Of a stretch of 64,000 bases of DNA, positions 29,630 to 39,858 are shown piece after piece (the first letter of the stretch is position 1; each line of letters opens with the position of its first letter). This DNA is from Terriglobia bacterium (GTDB lineage: Bacteria; Acidobacteriota; Terriglobia; 20CM-2-55-15), in contig CBDAOY010000006.1 in NCBI GenBank assembly GCA_965198225.1, positions 288,001 to 352,000 on the forward strand. Direction: 5' to 3'. The position numbers and the translations under genes were made by a program. The notes under the pieces were generated by a model. It searched no databases, was not told where the DNA came from, and saw only the letters and a program-made list of their open reading frames with translations.

Positions 29630-32293
29630 TCACGGCACCCGTTCCCTCAGTTCTTCAATCCAGTTGATGATGACGTTGACTTGCAGGGATTGCGTGGCGG
29701 CGGCACTACCGGTTGTCAGTCTTACGACGAACTTCTGGCCATCCTCAGTGACATCGTAGCTTCTCCGACCAAACATATTCGGAGGCGCAACGCTCGCGTC
29801 GCGGGGAAACAACTCCACGGGATTGCCACGGTCGAAGGTCGGCTCGGTCTCGACCTCGATAACCTGAAACGAATCACGAGCGCCAGTGTCCGCGTATACG
29901 AGTTCCTGTCCGTTCCGGATCCACACGGGAGCCGACGCAGCGTCGGTCGAGATGGATATCGGACCCGCATCACCCTCGACCGGATACGGCTGCACGTAAA
30001 GCTGCCCCTCGCCCAGCTCATAGACGAAGAAGCGGCCGTCCGGCGAAAAATCGGCATCGCGACCTCTCGGTACGATGACTCCCGCGGGAGCAGAGTCATC
30101 GTACCGGGTGCCTCTTTCCCAGGCATGAATCCCCTCACCGGAAACGAACAGCAGGACATCTCCGTCCGGCGACCAGGCGAAGGGTCCGAAGGGTTCATCC
30201 ACCTCGGTTCCGGGGAGCAACGTCGGAGTCCCGCCTGGAGCCGATGGAGTTGTCCACAGCGCTTTGCCACTTAGAAACGTGATGTCGGCCCCGTCATGTG
30301 ACCATAAAGGGCGTGTTCCACGCGCAATCCGATTCCATTGGTCATCTTGAATGTTGTAGATCCAAATGTTCGATCCGTCGTCGTCGTCAACTTGTACAGC
30401 GACGCGCAAATCGTCTGGAGAGAATCTCGGAAAGATGTAAAGCTGGGGGTCAGCCGTGAGCACTTCAGGCGTTCCGTCGCGGTCCAGGAATGCGAGGCCC
30501 CGCTCCGCACTGGCACCACCCGGAATGTGGACGAGAGTTCCCTGGGCAGAGACATCGTACTGCCCACTCCCGGTGGCGAAATCCATACCATTCGCTCGCT
30601 GGGTTCCGGCAACGATGGGCACCGGCCCTCCGGTAGTCGTGAGTGTTTGCGGATCGAATCGAAGTGCGACCAGGTCACTCTCCAGCGCGAACACAAGATG
30701 TCCGGTCTCAATGTAACGAGCGTCGCTGCCCCCGTCCCAGATGACCGTTCGATTTCCGGTTCCGGGAGTTTCAGCCACGATCTGGGCTTCGTCCCATCGG
30801 GCAATACCGGTTACCGACGTCAGAGAGAACAGGACCGTCTCGCCGTCGGGTAGCATCTGGGGTCCGTCGGCTTGTTCGCCGGGTTCGGTTGCGATCAGCA
30901 TCGTCGCCGTACCGCCGTCTGCCGGAACCGTCATGATCCCTCCGGGCTGTCCGTAAAGGATCCTGCCGTCGGGTCCCCAACTTGCACCAAACAGATTAGT
31001 GGCCGGTGTAATGGGCACTGGAATACCACCCTCCACCGAGACCCTCTTGATCTGGTTGTCCCTGGCGGAAAAGAACCCAATCGAGTTGCCGTCGGGCGAG
31101 AAGAACGGCATCGCCAGGACCTCGTTTGTACCCGCAATGGGACGGGCTTGCTGCTCATCCAGTTTCTTAAGGTACAACTGGTCGTTGGCAACGTAGACGA
31201 ATTGCGATCCGTCGGGCGCAACGGCCAACACCGGACGCCCCTGGCGGGTGAAAACCTGGTTTGCGGGCAGGACAAACGGGAAGCGGACTACGCGCTTTTC
31301 TTCCGGCAACGGTTCGGGCTTCAGGTTCCACGTGGCGATGACGGCTACGACTGCAACGAAGACAAGGGCGGCAACCCACGGAAGAATCGGTCGCTGTCCA
31401 AGCTCGCCTGAAGCCAGCATGACCTGGCTACCGCCCGGGTCTGCCAGAACCTGCTCCAACTCCACACGCACGTCCCCAATGTCATGCCATCGCTGCTTCG
31501 GCTCCTTCTCCAGACACCTCCGGAGCAGATCCCGCAACTTCGGATGAATCGTCGGGGGCAATCCCTTGTAGTCGGGATCGGATTTCAACACCGACGCCAT
31601 CACGTCCGACATCAACTCACCCCGGAACACCTGGCGGCCCGAAAGCATTTCGTAGAGGACACAGCCGAAGGCCCAGATATCGGCGCGCTTGTCGACCGTC
31701 ACGCCCCGTGCCTGCTCGGGGGACATGTATGCGGCTGTTCCCAGGATCACGCCTTGTTGGGTTGCGGCCATGCTGAGCGTGGGGGACTGCGACAGGCTCA
31801 CGTCCACACCATCCCCGGCAAACGCCTTTGCCAGTCCGAAGTCCAGGACCTTGATCTTCCCGTCGGGCGTGACCTTGATGTTCTCGGGCTTCAGGTCGCG
31901 GTGGATGACACCCTTCTCGTGTGCGGCTTCCAACGCTTCAGCGATCTGGAGCGCGAGTTCGAGGGATTCTTCCACAGCGACGGCGCCGCGCTTCAACCGG
32001 TCCCTCAGCGTGTCGCCTTCGACAAGTTCAAGGACAAGGAACCGGGTGCCGTTGTCTTCTTCCAACCCGTAGATTGCTGCGATGTTCGGATGGTTCAACG
32101 ACGCCAGCAGCTTCGCTTCACGCTCGAACCTCGCGAGGCGCTCTTCGGCTTTGGCGAACTCTTCAGGGAGAGTCTTGATCGCGACTTCGCGTCCCAGTTT
32201 GGAGTCGCGGGCACGCCACACTTCGCCCATGCCGCCCTTGCCGAGGGGAGAAACGACTTCATAGTGTGCGAGCTTGGAGCCGGGTTGAATCAC
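29630..32293 (-). CDS. Ser/Thr kinase + TM + PD40 beta-propeller protein (copy 9, 887 aa)
   Basis: All Hanks motifs, TM, propeller repeats, tail NWIEELRERVP. Confidence 0.95.
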   Translation of the reverse strand: MIQPGSKLAHYEVVSPLGKGGMGEVWRARDSKLGREVAIKTLPEEFAKAEERLARFEREAKLLASLNHPNIAAIYGLEEDNGTRFLVLELVEGDTLRDRLKRGAVAVEESLELALQIAEALEAAHEKGVIHRDLKPENIKVTPDGKIKVLDFGLAKAFAGDGVDVSLSQSPTLSMAATQQGVILGTAAYMSPEQARGVTVDKRADIWAFGCVLYEMLSGRQVFRGELMSDVMASVLKSDPDYKGLPPTIHPKLRDLLRRCLEKEPKQRWHDIGDVRVELEQVLADPGGSQVMLASGELGQRPILPWVAALVFVAVVAVIATWNLKPEPLPEEKRVVRFPFVLPANQVFTRQGRPVLAVAPDGSQFVYVANDQLYLKKLDEQQARPIAGTNEVLAMPFFSPDGNSIGFFSARDNQIKRVSVEGGIPVPITPATNLFGASWGPDGRILYGQPGGIMTVPADGGTATMLIATEPGEQADGPQMLPDGETVLFSLTSVTGIARWDEAQIVAETPGTGNRTVIWDGGSDARYIETGHLVFALESDLVALRFDPQTLTTTGGPVPIVAGTQRANGMDFATGSGQYDVSAQGTLVHIPGGASAERGLAFLDRDGTPEVLTADPQLYIFPRFSPDDLRVAVQVDDDDGSNIWIYNIQDDQWNRIARGTRPLWSHDGADITFLSGKALWTTPSAPGGTPTLLPGTEVDEPFGPFAWSPDGDVLLFVSGEGIHAWERGTRYDDSAPAGVIVPRGRDADFSPDGRFFVYELGEGQLYVQPYPVEGDAGPISISTDAASAPVWIRNGQELVYADTGARDSFQVIEVETEPTFDRGNPVELFPRDASVAPPNMFGRRSYDVTEDGQKFVVRLTTGSAAATQSLQVNVIINWIEELRERVP

Positions 32294-32581
32294 CCGTAAA
32301 TAAGACTACAGGAAGGAGTTGGGGTCAATCAGAAGGTCACATGCTTGAAAACCGCGTATCCGTACATGTGACAGTCGGCAAATCGATACGGTAGTGACTG
32401 TCTACGAGTACGGGTGGTTCAACTTCCGACAAGAGGATTTATCAGGACTTGAGAATGGATTTCAAGGCTGTTGAGGCCACAGAACGCCGTCTCGGCAGCG
32501 GCACTCTTTCAGTTCCAGGCGGCGCTCGTCCCCTCCAAGTTTTTATTGTGTTACCGTCGCGCTGACTATATGAAGAAGCCA

Positions 32582-33754
32582 ATGACAACGAGATCCGGTC
32601 GGCAATTCCTGCAGATTCCTGGCCCTAGCAATGTGCCCGACCGCGTGTTGCGGGCCATTAATCGGCCCACAATCGATCATCGCGGTCCGGAGTTCCGAGA
32701 GCTGACCGAACGGCTCCTGTCCGGGCTGAAGCAGGTTTTTAACTGCGCGGGTCCGGTGATTATTTTTCCTTCGTCGGGATCGGGCTGCTGGGAAGCCGCC
32801 CTGGTGAATACGCTCTCCCCCGGCGACACCCTGTTGATGGTGGAGACGGGACAGTTCGCAGTGCTCTGGCGCGACATCGCCATGAAACTCGGGCTCGATG
32901 TGGAGTTCATTCCCGGAGATTGGCGGCATGGGGTGGACCCCAAGACCATCGAGGCGAGGCTATCGGCGGATAGCGATAGAGTGATCAAAGCCGTTGCCGT
33001 CGTCCACAACGAGACGTCCACCGGAGTCACCAGTAATATCGCCCAGGTCCGAAAAGCCATGGATTCGGCAGCTCATCCTGCTCTGCTTCTGGTGGACGTG
33101 ATCTCTTCGCTCGGTTCGACCGACTACCAACAGGACGCGTGGGGCGTGGACGTAACCGTTGGAGGGTCCCAGAAAGGTCTCATGCTGCCTCCGGGTCTCG
33201 GCTTCAACGCGGTAAGTGACAAGGCGCTTGACGCTGCCAACGACGCAACCCTGTCGAGGTCATACTGGGACTGGAGCGCGGTCGTCGAGGCGAACAAGAC
33301 CGGTTTCTTTCCTTATACGCCGGCCACCAATCTGCTCTTCGGTCTCGATGAAGCACTGACCATGCTTTTCGAGGAGGGGCTCGAAAACGTGTTCTCCCGC
33401 CACGCGAGGCTCGCCGAAGCTACGCGTAAAGCCGTTGCTGCCTGGGGCCTGGAGAATCTCAGCCTGGACCCGAACGAGCACTCCAACAGCTTGACGGCTG
33501 TGCTCATGCCGGAAGGTCACGACGCTGATGCGTTCCGCAAGGTGATCCTGGAGCGTTTCGATATGACATTGGGCACGGGCCTGGGCAAAGTGAAGGGCAG
33601 GGTCTTTCGCATCGGTCACCTGGGCTGGCTCAACGAGCTGATGCTAGCGGGTACGCTCTGCGGTGTGGAGATGGGCCTCAAGCTCGCGGGAGTACCGTTC
33701 AAACCTGGCGGCGCGCAAACGGCGCTTGACTGGTTGGCCGAACAAAGCGAGTAG
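32582..33754 (+). CDS. sgaA: Serine/alanine-glyoxylate aminotransferase (PLP class V)
   Basis: GRQFLQIPGPSNVPDR, VHNETSTG, VDVISS, GSQKGLMLPPG, FRIGHLG; start could be 32570. Confidence 0.85.
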   Translation: MTTRSGRQFLQIPGPSNVPDRVLRAINRPTIDHRGPEFRELTERLLSGLKQVFNCAGPVIIFPSSGSGCWEAALVNTLSPGDTLLMVETGQFAVLWRDIAMKLGLDVEFIPGDWRHGVDPKTIEARLSADSDRVIKAVAVVHNETSTGVTSNIAQVRKAMDSAAHPALLLVDVISSLGSTDYQQDAWGVDVTVGGSQKGLMLPPGLGFNAVSDKALDAANDATLSRSYWDWSAVVEANKTGFFPYTPATNLLFGLDEALTMLFEEGLENVFSRHARLAEATRKAVAAWGLENLSLDPNEHSNSLTAVLMPEGHDADAFRKVILERFDMTLGTGLGKVKGRVFRIGHLGWLNELMLAGTLCGVEMGLKLAGVPFKPGGAQTALDWLAEQSE

Positions 33755-33790
33755 GGGGCATCATCGTGGACCCTTCCACGGTGGTGCCAA

Positions 33791-35710
33791 CTAGTATGCG
33801 ATCGCGTAGCAGTAGCGGCGCGGATCGGCAGCCGCCAGGCGATTCTGCGTCAGCGGATCGATCATCACGGCCGTCGCACACCCGGACATTCCGAAAGAAC
33901 GCAGTCGGCTCACCTCGTGCCCGCGGGCTTGCAATTCGTCATAAACGCTATCCGGGATCGGCGCCTCGATGTTCAGCCTGTTGAAGCCGGACGAGTGCGG
34001 CCAGAAAGATCCGTACAGATGCTGGGTCTGCGCTCGCGGACGCTCGATGGCAGCGTGCAGATTCGGATACCAATCGTCCCAAAACTCAACGATGCTGAGA
34101 AAAGTCTGGAGAATCGTCTGTTCCTGGTTGTCACCGCCCGGCGTTCCCAGGCCCATCATCGGCACATCACCCTTGAAAACCAGACTCGGCGTCAACGTGT
34201 ACCTCGGCCGTGCGCGGGGGCGGATCTGGTTGGCGCGAGTAGTGTCCAGCCAGAACTGCTCGCCTCGGACGCTCATGCCAATTCCAGTCTCTCCGAGAAC
34301 GACTGCGCCGCCAATCCAGCCGCCACTGGGCGTTGCGTCGAAGATGTTCCCCTCCTTGTCGATGATCGCCATGTGTGTCGTGTCCTTCATGACGCCGGCA
34401 GAATCCTGGCCGAACGAGGTCGGTGCGTCCGGAAAGGAGGATTCCAGCGCGGCCCGGTCCCCCGAGGCATCCTCAATTTCGGCTTTCCAATAGTTCCACT
34501 CCTTGACGCTCGAATCGTACGGCAGTGGATCTCCGGCGACAAAGGACCTGGAGGCGTGTAGCGGATCGATGAGTTTCGCGCGCTCTCTGGCGTATTCTTT
34601 TGACAGCAACCCTTCGGCCGGCACGGTCACGAATGCAGGATCCGCATAGTACGTGTCTCGGTCTGCGTACGCCAGCTTCATCGCCTCGACCACGGTGTGG
34701 ATGTAATCTGCACTTGCGTATCCCATCGCATTCAAGTCGAAGTTTTCGAGGATGTTGAGCGCCTGGAGAAGAGCGGGGCCCTGACTGCCAAAACCGTGTT
34801 TGTATATCGTGTAGTCGCGATACGTCGTCTTGGCGGGCTCCTCGATTCTTGCAAAGAACTCGGCAAAATCGGGATACGTGAACGGCGCTCCGTTACTCTC
34901 CAGGAACGCAACCATCTCGCGCGCGATGTCACCCTTGTAGAAGCGATCGCGCGCGGCGACGATACCGGCTTCGCGTCCTCTGGATTTCGCCCCACGCTCC
35001 GCTTCGACCATTCGCTTGAGTGTTCTGGCCAGCGTAGGCAGCTTGATTGTCTCACCGGCCTCGTAGAGAGACCCGTCGGATTTCAACCAGTACTTCTGGT
35101 TGTCCGGCCAGCCCTCGAAGAATTGAAGCTGGTTCCGAATTGCCCGCGCGGTGCTCGGGCGGAGCGGAAAACCCTTCTCCGCGTACTCGATCGCCGTGGC
35201 AGCGACCTCTTCGAAGCTCATCGTTCCCCAGAGCTCGAGCACCGTGAGCGCCGCATGGACCGCTCCCGGGACGACGGCAGGATCGAGCCCTTCACCTTCG
35301 AGCGTTTTGTTCCTCGATCGGTACCAATCCACGCTTACCGCGCCCGGCGCCCAACCCTGGCCGACCACCGAAGTGACTTTTCCTTCCGTCGTCGGGTAGA
35401 CCAGAACCAGTGCTTCGCCTCCGAGACTGTAGAGATCCTGTTCGAGCACCCCACCCGCGAGCAAGGATGCGGCGCCGGCGTCAAAAGCATTTCCGCCTTT
35501 GAGGAGAATGCCAAAGGCTGCAGCCGTCGTCAGCGGGTGCCCGGTGGATACGCCGCCGGACGGGCCCATCACGGCAGGTCGAAGCGCAGATCCCGCGGGT
35601 TGCCGATCCTGGACGGGCACCTGTCGGGCCTCGACGAAAACTCCCGTCAGCCCTAACGCTAAACCGGCAATTGTCAACGCCGTCACGAAAGCACGCAGTT
35701 CACGTGGCAT
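33791..35710 (-). CDS. ggt: Gamma-glutamyltransferase family protein, secreted
   Basis: AGGAGG RBS, signal peptide, GGNAFDAG, AVVPGA, MKLAYADRD, nucleophile DTTH, GTPGGD, AADPRR. Confidence 0.9.
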   Translation of the reverse strand: MPRELRAFVTALTIAGLALGLTGVFVEARQVPVQDRQPAGSALRPAVMGPSGGVSTGHPLTTAAAFGILLKGGNAFDAGAASLLAGGVLEQDLYSLGGEALVLVYPTTEGKVTSVVGQGWAPGAVSVDWYRSRNKTLEGEGLDPAVVPGAVHAALTVLELWGTMSFEEVAATAIEYAEKGFPLRPSTARAIRNQLQFFEGWPDNQKYWLKSDGSLYEAGETIKLPTLARTLKRMVEAERGAKSRGREAGIVAARDRFYKGDIAREMVAFLESNGAPFTYPDFAEFFARIEEPAKTTYRDYTIYKHGFGSQGPALLQALNILENFDLNAMGYASADYIHTVVEAMKLAYADRDTYYADPAFVTVPAEGLLSKEYARERAKLIDPLHASRSFVAGDPLPYDSSVKEWNYWKAEIEDASGDRAALESSFPDAPTSFGQDSAGVMKDTTHMAIIDKEGNIFDATPSGGWIGGAVVLGETGIGMSVRGEQFWLDTTRANQIRPRARPRYTLTPSLVFKGDVPMMGLGTPGGDNQEQTILQTFLSIVEFWDDWYPNLHAAIERPRAQTQHLYGSFWPHSSGFNRLNIEAPIPDSVYDELQARGHEVSRLRSFGMSGCATAVMIDPLTQNRLAAADPRRYCYAIAY

Positions 35711-35756
35711 TGGGCCTCCTTTACGGACGAATCCTACCACTTCTGTCTTTCAAGCG

Positions 35757-35948
35757 TTAGAGGTCCAGATTCTTCTTCACAAGCTTATTGAACTGCCCCT
35801 TTGACAAGAAGACTCTGTGATGAAAAGGCTGCTCCGGGTCTTGGAGTGCCAAGTGATGTCGGTTGCCATAATCCCAAGCAAGAACTTTTCTTGTTCGCAA
35901 GTCCAAGTCGATAAAGTATCTCGTATCCTTGTCCTCTTTCTTGGTCAT
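35757..35948 (-). CDS. Small hypothetical protein (63 aa)
   Basis: Co-oriented ORF with protein-like composition directly upstream of ggt. Confidence 0.5.
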   Translation of the reverse strand: MTKKEDKDTRYFIDLDLRTRKVLAWDYGNRHHLALQDPEQPFHHRVFLSKGQFNKLVKKNLDL

Positions 35949-36241
35949 GGCGGTCCCTGCGTAGATCGTCGGTTTTCTGTCGCCCCGGCAGGCTGCTTAA
36001 AAAGTCACTCAGGGCTTAGAAATGGAAGACTCCTCTGTGGTTCGGCTTCCTGTGCCCGCCAGGATCGGAGTGATGGCGACTTCACCTCACTTAGTCCAGA
36101 CACTGAACGATCGGTAAACGAGAACCCCGAACCGGCTGGGCCAATTCCGCTTGACGGCGGAGGGTCTCCAGATCTTCGGCGATGGCAGCATCCACCGTCT
36201 CATCAGACACGGCACTTGCGGCCTGAAACGATAGGAAGAAC

Positions 36242-37501
36242 TCACTGAGAATACTCCCGAACCAGCAACTCGACCATCGCCTCGGCCCGGTCCGGGTCGA
36301 GCTGGTCGATCCGAGCGTGAATGTCCTCCAGGATCGCACGGGCCTCCTCGGAGTTGGACAGTTCCCGAGTGAGCGCGTCCACCTTGAATGCGTGGTGAAT
36401 ACCCACAGCGCCCTCCGCGAACAACAGGACGGCTACAGGCACGGGAGCGACCTCGGCAAGCACGGGCAGCGCCAGTCGCAGCAGAGTCCGCGCATGGCGT
36501 GGGTCCCGATGCTTGTTGGCAGCCACGTCCTGTCGGATTCGATCCAGCCGTTCGTCTGCCACGAACAAATCCTCACCCTGAATCTCGCGCAACCGGTTCA
36601 TTGCCAGGGTGCGATGGTCGCGACCCGCGCGGGTGAATCCGGAACCCTCGTCCTCGATGATGAAACCATGACGTTGGCGGGTGATCCGGTACGTGGACGG
36701 GTCGTCACCGAGGCCGTGATAGGTGGGCGTGTGATCGCCGCCTCGAGTGTCGACAGCATAAAACCCGGTGACGATCTCGGTGTCCCGTGCTGCGCGATTG
36801 AGCGTTACGCATGACACGATCAGCCAATAGGTTGGAGTCGAGGGCAGAAAGTCCTGAATATCGAGGATCGCCTTTCGGGCCTGAAGGCGCGAGGAAACCA
36901 GCGCCGCAGTCAGCATCCGCGTTGCCGGATCAACTTTCGAATCGTCGCGAAGAATCGACTCCCTGTCGAGGCCTTCCGAACCCAGTAATTCACGCGTTCT
37001 CTCTGCGAAGGGCAGGGTTGAACCCTCGAGCAAAGCGTGGAGGGCACCGCAACAGGGAGACTCCGAGTCGTAGCGGCGAAGGACTCCAAGACGCACTTCC
37101 GGGATTTCCCCCGGCGTGGCGGGGTCGGTGGGAAGCTGGACACCGACATGACTGTTGATCTTGACGACGATCAGCTTGAACCCGCCCGGCGCCACATAGT
37201 GCTCTTCGGCGATCCGGGCAGCTCCCCATTCGTATTGCCCTCCCAGATTCGCCAGCCGCATGGGTTCCCGGTGTGCGAACTTCAGCGGCGGCAGCAGATA
37301 GTGCGCGAAGCCTTTACGGAATGCTTCGACGCATTCCATCTCGCTCTCGTCGGCGCAGGTAACGTGAACCGCCCCGACGGCGCCCGGGCGCAGACTGTCT
37401 GCAAAGAAATGCAGCGCCTGCGTCACCTCGTTGAGCGACCGCTCCTTTCCGACCATCCCCGACAGTCCTGCAAGGTTCTCGTTTAGCACTGTCTCATTCA
37501 C
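36242..37501 (-). CDS. Hypothetical protein, candidate LCIB-like (theta-type) carbonic anhydrase domain
   Basis: 419-aa ORF with ordered motifs CADE, SHVG and CCGAL. Confidence 0.6.
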   Translation of the reverse strand: MNETVLNENLAGLSGMVGKERSLNEVTQALHFFADSLRPGAVGAVHVTCADESEMECVEAFRKGFAHYLLPPLKFAHREPMRLANLGGQYEWGAARIAEEHYVAPGGFKLIVVKINSHVGVQLPTDPATPGEIPEVRLGVLRRYDSESPCCGALHALLEGSTLPFAERTRELLGSEGLDRESILRDDSKVDPATRMLTAALVSSRLQARKAILDIQDFLPSTPTYWLIVSCVTLNRAARDTEIVTGFYAVDTRGGDHTPTYHGLGDDPSTYRITRQRHGFIIEDEGSGFTRAGRDHRTLAMNRLREIQGEDLFVADERLDRIRQDVAANKHRDPRHARTLLRLALPVLAEVAPVPVAVLLFAEGAVGIHHAFKVDALTRELSNSEEARAILEDIHARIDQLDPDRAEAMVELLVREYSQ

Positions 37502-37701
37502 GTTGGCTTCCCGGTGGTGTCACTCTGGTCCGCTGGGCAAGGTAGATACGTCATTTGTCCCTGGGAGGTTCGGCGAGAAAGGTCGTGTCCGGCCGGTTAG
37601 ACGCAGGAATCGAGACGCCACGGCGTTTCTCGGACTGAATCCCTTCGCACTTTCACCAACACCGCTTGAGAAAACCCTCGAGGAAGGGCCGCACGCCGGT
37701 G

Positions 37702-39339
37702 CTACTCGATGCGATCGAAGCGCATGTCGTACACACGGCCCAGGCTGAGCGACAGCATCGTGACCCGACCTCCACCCTCGCGACGGAAACGCACGATGTT
37801 GCCGCCCATGCGAAACGCGTCGCGGTAGATCGGTGCCAGCGAGTTTGTCTGGCTGGGGCGTTGCCATATGGCGAGTTCGCCGGCTTCCGAGCGGACCACG
37901 TAGGTCGTCTCCGCGTCTTCGCTGCGGTAAGTTCCGGTGAACGCCTCCAACTCCGCTGCCTTCGGTTCCCACGGCTCCACCGGATCCAGGCGATGATCCG
38001 AGTACTGCCAGTCTTCGATCCGAAAACTGCTCCTGCCGGCGTCATCGAAGACGTAACGCCTACCGTTGGCCCCAATCGCGAATTCGCGGTCCGACAGCGG
38101 AATCAGCCGGGCATTCCCGTCGCGGAGTTCGCCTTCGACGAAACGAAGCTCCTGCGGGTTTCCGGTGACGGGGTCCCTGTACAATCCCGCGAATTTCTCC
38201 AGCGCGGTGGCAGACATGTCGACTCCCATCGGAAGCTCGGCGTCGGAGGCTTCCCCACCCAGGAAGACGCGCGCGATGCGGCCCCCGGTTCCGCCTGTCG
38301 ACACGTTCGACGCATTGCAGAGCATCGCCACCGACAGGTCTTGATCGGGGAAGCGTCCGAGATAAGCGCGGTAGCCGGCGGTCGATCCCGTGTGGGTGAT
38401 CGACGGAACTCCGGCGAACTTCTGGATCCGCAACCCTGAGGCGTAGACGATCTCGGAGCCGTCGTTCAGACGGCCCTGATCGTGCATCATTCGGACAAAT
38501 TTTTCGCCACCCAACCGCCCGTTCGTGAGGGCCTGATTCCATATTCCCAGGTCGCCGACCGTCGTCAGAATGCCGCCGTTGCCGTGTACGTACTCGATGG
38601 GGCGATTGATCTCCCAGGTGTCGTCAGGCCGCGCGGCATACGCGCTACTCCTGCCGGCAACGATACGTTTGTAGTCGTCGCGCCACTGTGTGTTCCGCAG
38701 GCCGAGCGGCTCGAAGATTCGCTCTTTCGAAAACTCGGCGAACGCAGTGCCGCTGACCCGGCCGACGATGATCGCCAGCAGGTTGAAGCCGGAGTTGCTG
38801 TAGGAATACTCGTGCCCCGGCTCGAAGTTGAGCGCGGTCTGCCGGCTCAGGATGTCCACGACATCGTCATGGTCGTGGCTGCGCTCGCCGCGTCCCCAAC
38901 CGGAGATCCCGGCGACGCTGCCCCAATCGCGAAGGCCGCTCGTGTGGTTCATCAAGTGGCGAAGCGTAATCGTGGCTCCGTAGTCGGGCAGCTCCGGAAC
39001 GTATTTGTGGACGTCATCGTCCAGGGCAAGCTTTCCGTCGAGTGCGAGCAGCACGACGGCCGCGGCCGTGAACTGCTTCGAAAGCGATCCGCCCTCGAAG
39101 ATCGTGTCGGATGTGTTCCCTATTCCGTGCTCGAGATCGGCCATCCCGTAGGCACGCTCCAGAACGGTCAGGCCGCCATCGGTGACCCCGACCGCGCAAC
39201 CCGGAGAGCTGACCGAGTCCCATCGCTCGAAGATCTCGTCCACGCGCTGGCCGGCATCGGCCGGAACCTGTGCGTGGGCCGCCATAGAGACAACTGCCGA
39301 TACAAGAGCGGCAGCCACAACGAACCGTCGCATGTTCAT
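37702..39339 (-). CDS. Serine hydrolase, beta-lactamase class C family
   Basis: Signal peptide; SLSK (SxxK), LMNHTSG, YSYSN, HTG. Confidence 0.9.
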   Translation of the reverse strand: MNMRRFVVAAALVSAVVSMAAHAQVPADAGQRVDEIFERWDSVSSPGCAVGVTDGGLTVLERAYGMADLEHGIGNTSDTIFEGGSLSKQFTAAAVVLLALDGKLALDDDVHKYVPELPDYGATITLRHLMNHTSGLRDWGSVAGISGWGRGERSHDHDDVVDILSRQTALNFEPGHEYSYSNSGFNLLAIIVGRVSGTAFAEFSKERIFEPLGLRNTQWRDDYKRIVAGRSSAYAARPDDTWEINRPIEYVHGNGGILTTVGDLGIWNQALTNGRLGGEKFVRMMHDQGRLNDGSEIVYASGLRIQKFAGVPSITHTGSTAGYRAYLGRFPDQDLSVAMLCNASNVSTGGTGGRIARVFLGGEASDAELPMGVDMSATALEKFAGLYRDPVTGNPQELRFVEGELRDGNARLIPLSDREFAIGANGRRYVFDDAGRSSFRIEDWQYSDHRLDPVEPWEPKAAELEAFTGTYRSEDAETTYVVRSEAGELAIWQRPSQTNSLAPIYRDAFRMGGNIVRFRREGGGRVTMLSLSLGRVYDMRFDRIE

Positions 39340-39858
39340 CAGTCCCTCCTCAAGAGCCGTCTGAAATAAAACTACGGATGGGACCTCACGTCAATCAGGA
39401 AGGCACTTGGTCGTATTACCGCAGCTACAGAAGAGTGCAATCCTCGAAGCCAGGGGGTGACGACCACGATCCACCTTACCGGCACGACTTTACGGCCACG
39501 TGGCTTCGTCCCGATCACGGGCCAGGGCCAGGGACCGATTTCATGGACATAGATGGTCCGATCGGTCAGCATAGCGCTCAGCCCATTCGTTGATGAAAGG
39601 GCCAATCGCCAGCGAAGCCGAGCTTCCTGAACCTGCAGATTCTGGAGAAACAGGCCTATGGCTCGTCGAAAATAGCGCGCAGGATGTTCCATAGCGCCCA
39701 GCCGCCCCGGGACCAGTGAGGAACGTTAGTAGATCTGGACTCATGTGCGGGGAGGCACGAGATTTGGGAGTAGTAAGCAAAAGATCTCGAATCAGGCAAG
39801 GACGCTAAAAGGTACGTTGAACTATCACCGAAATGACCCAATCCCCGGAGGTTTCCCC

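Noticed and set aside
35988-36010. CAGGCTGCTTAAAAAGTC resembling an IS terminal repeat
   Set aside because: No partner repeat or transposase nearby; too short to support
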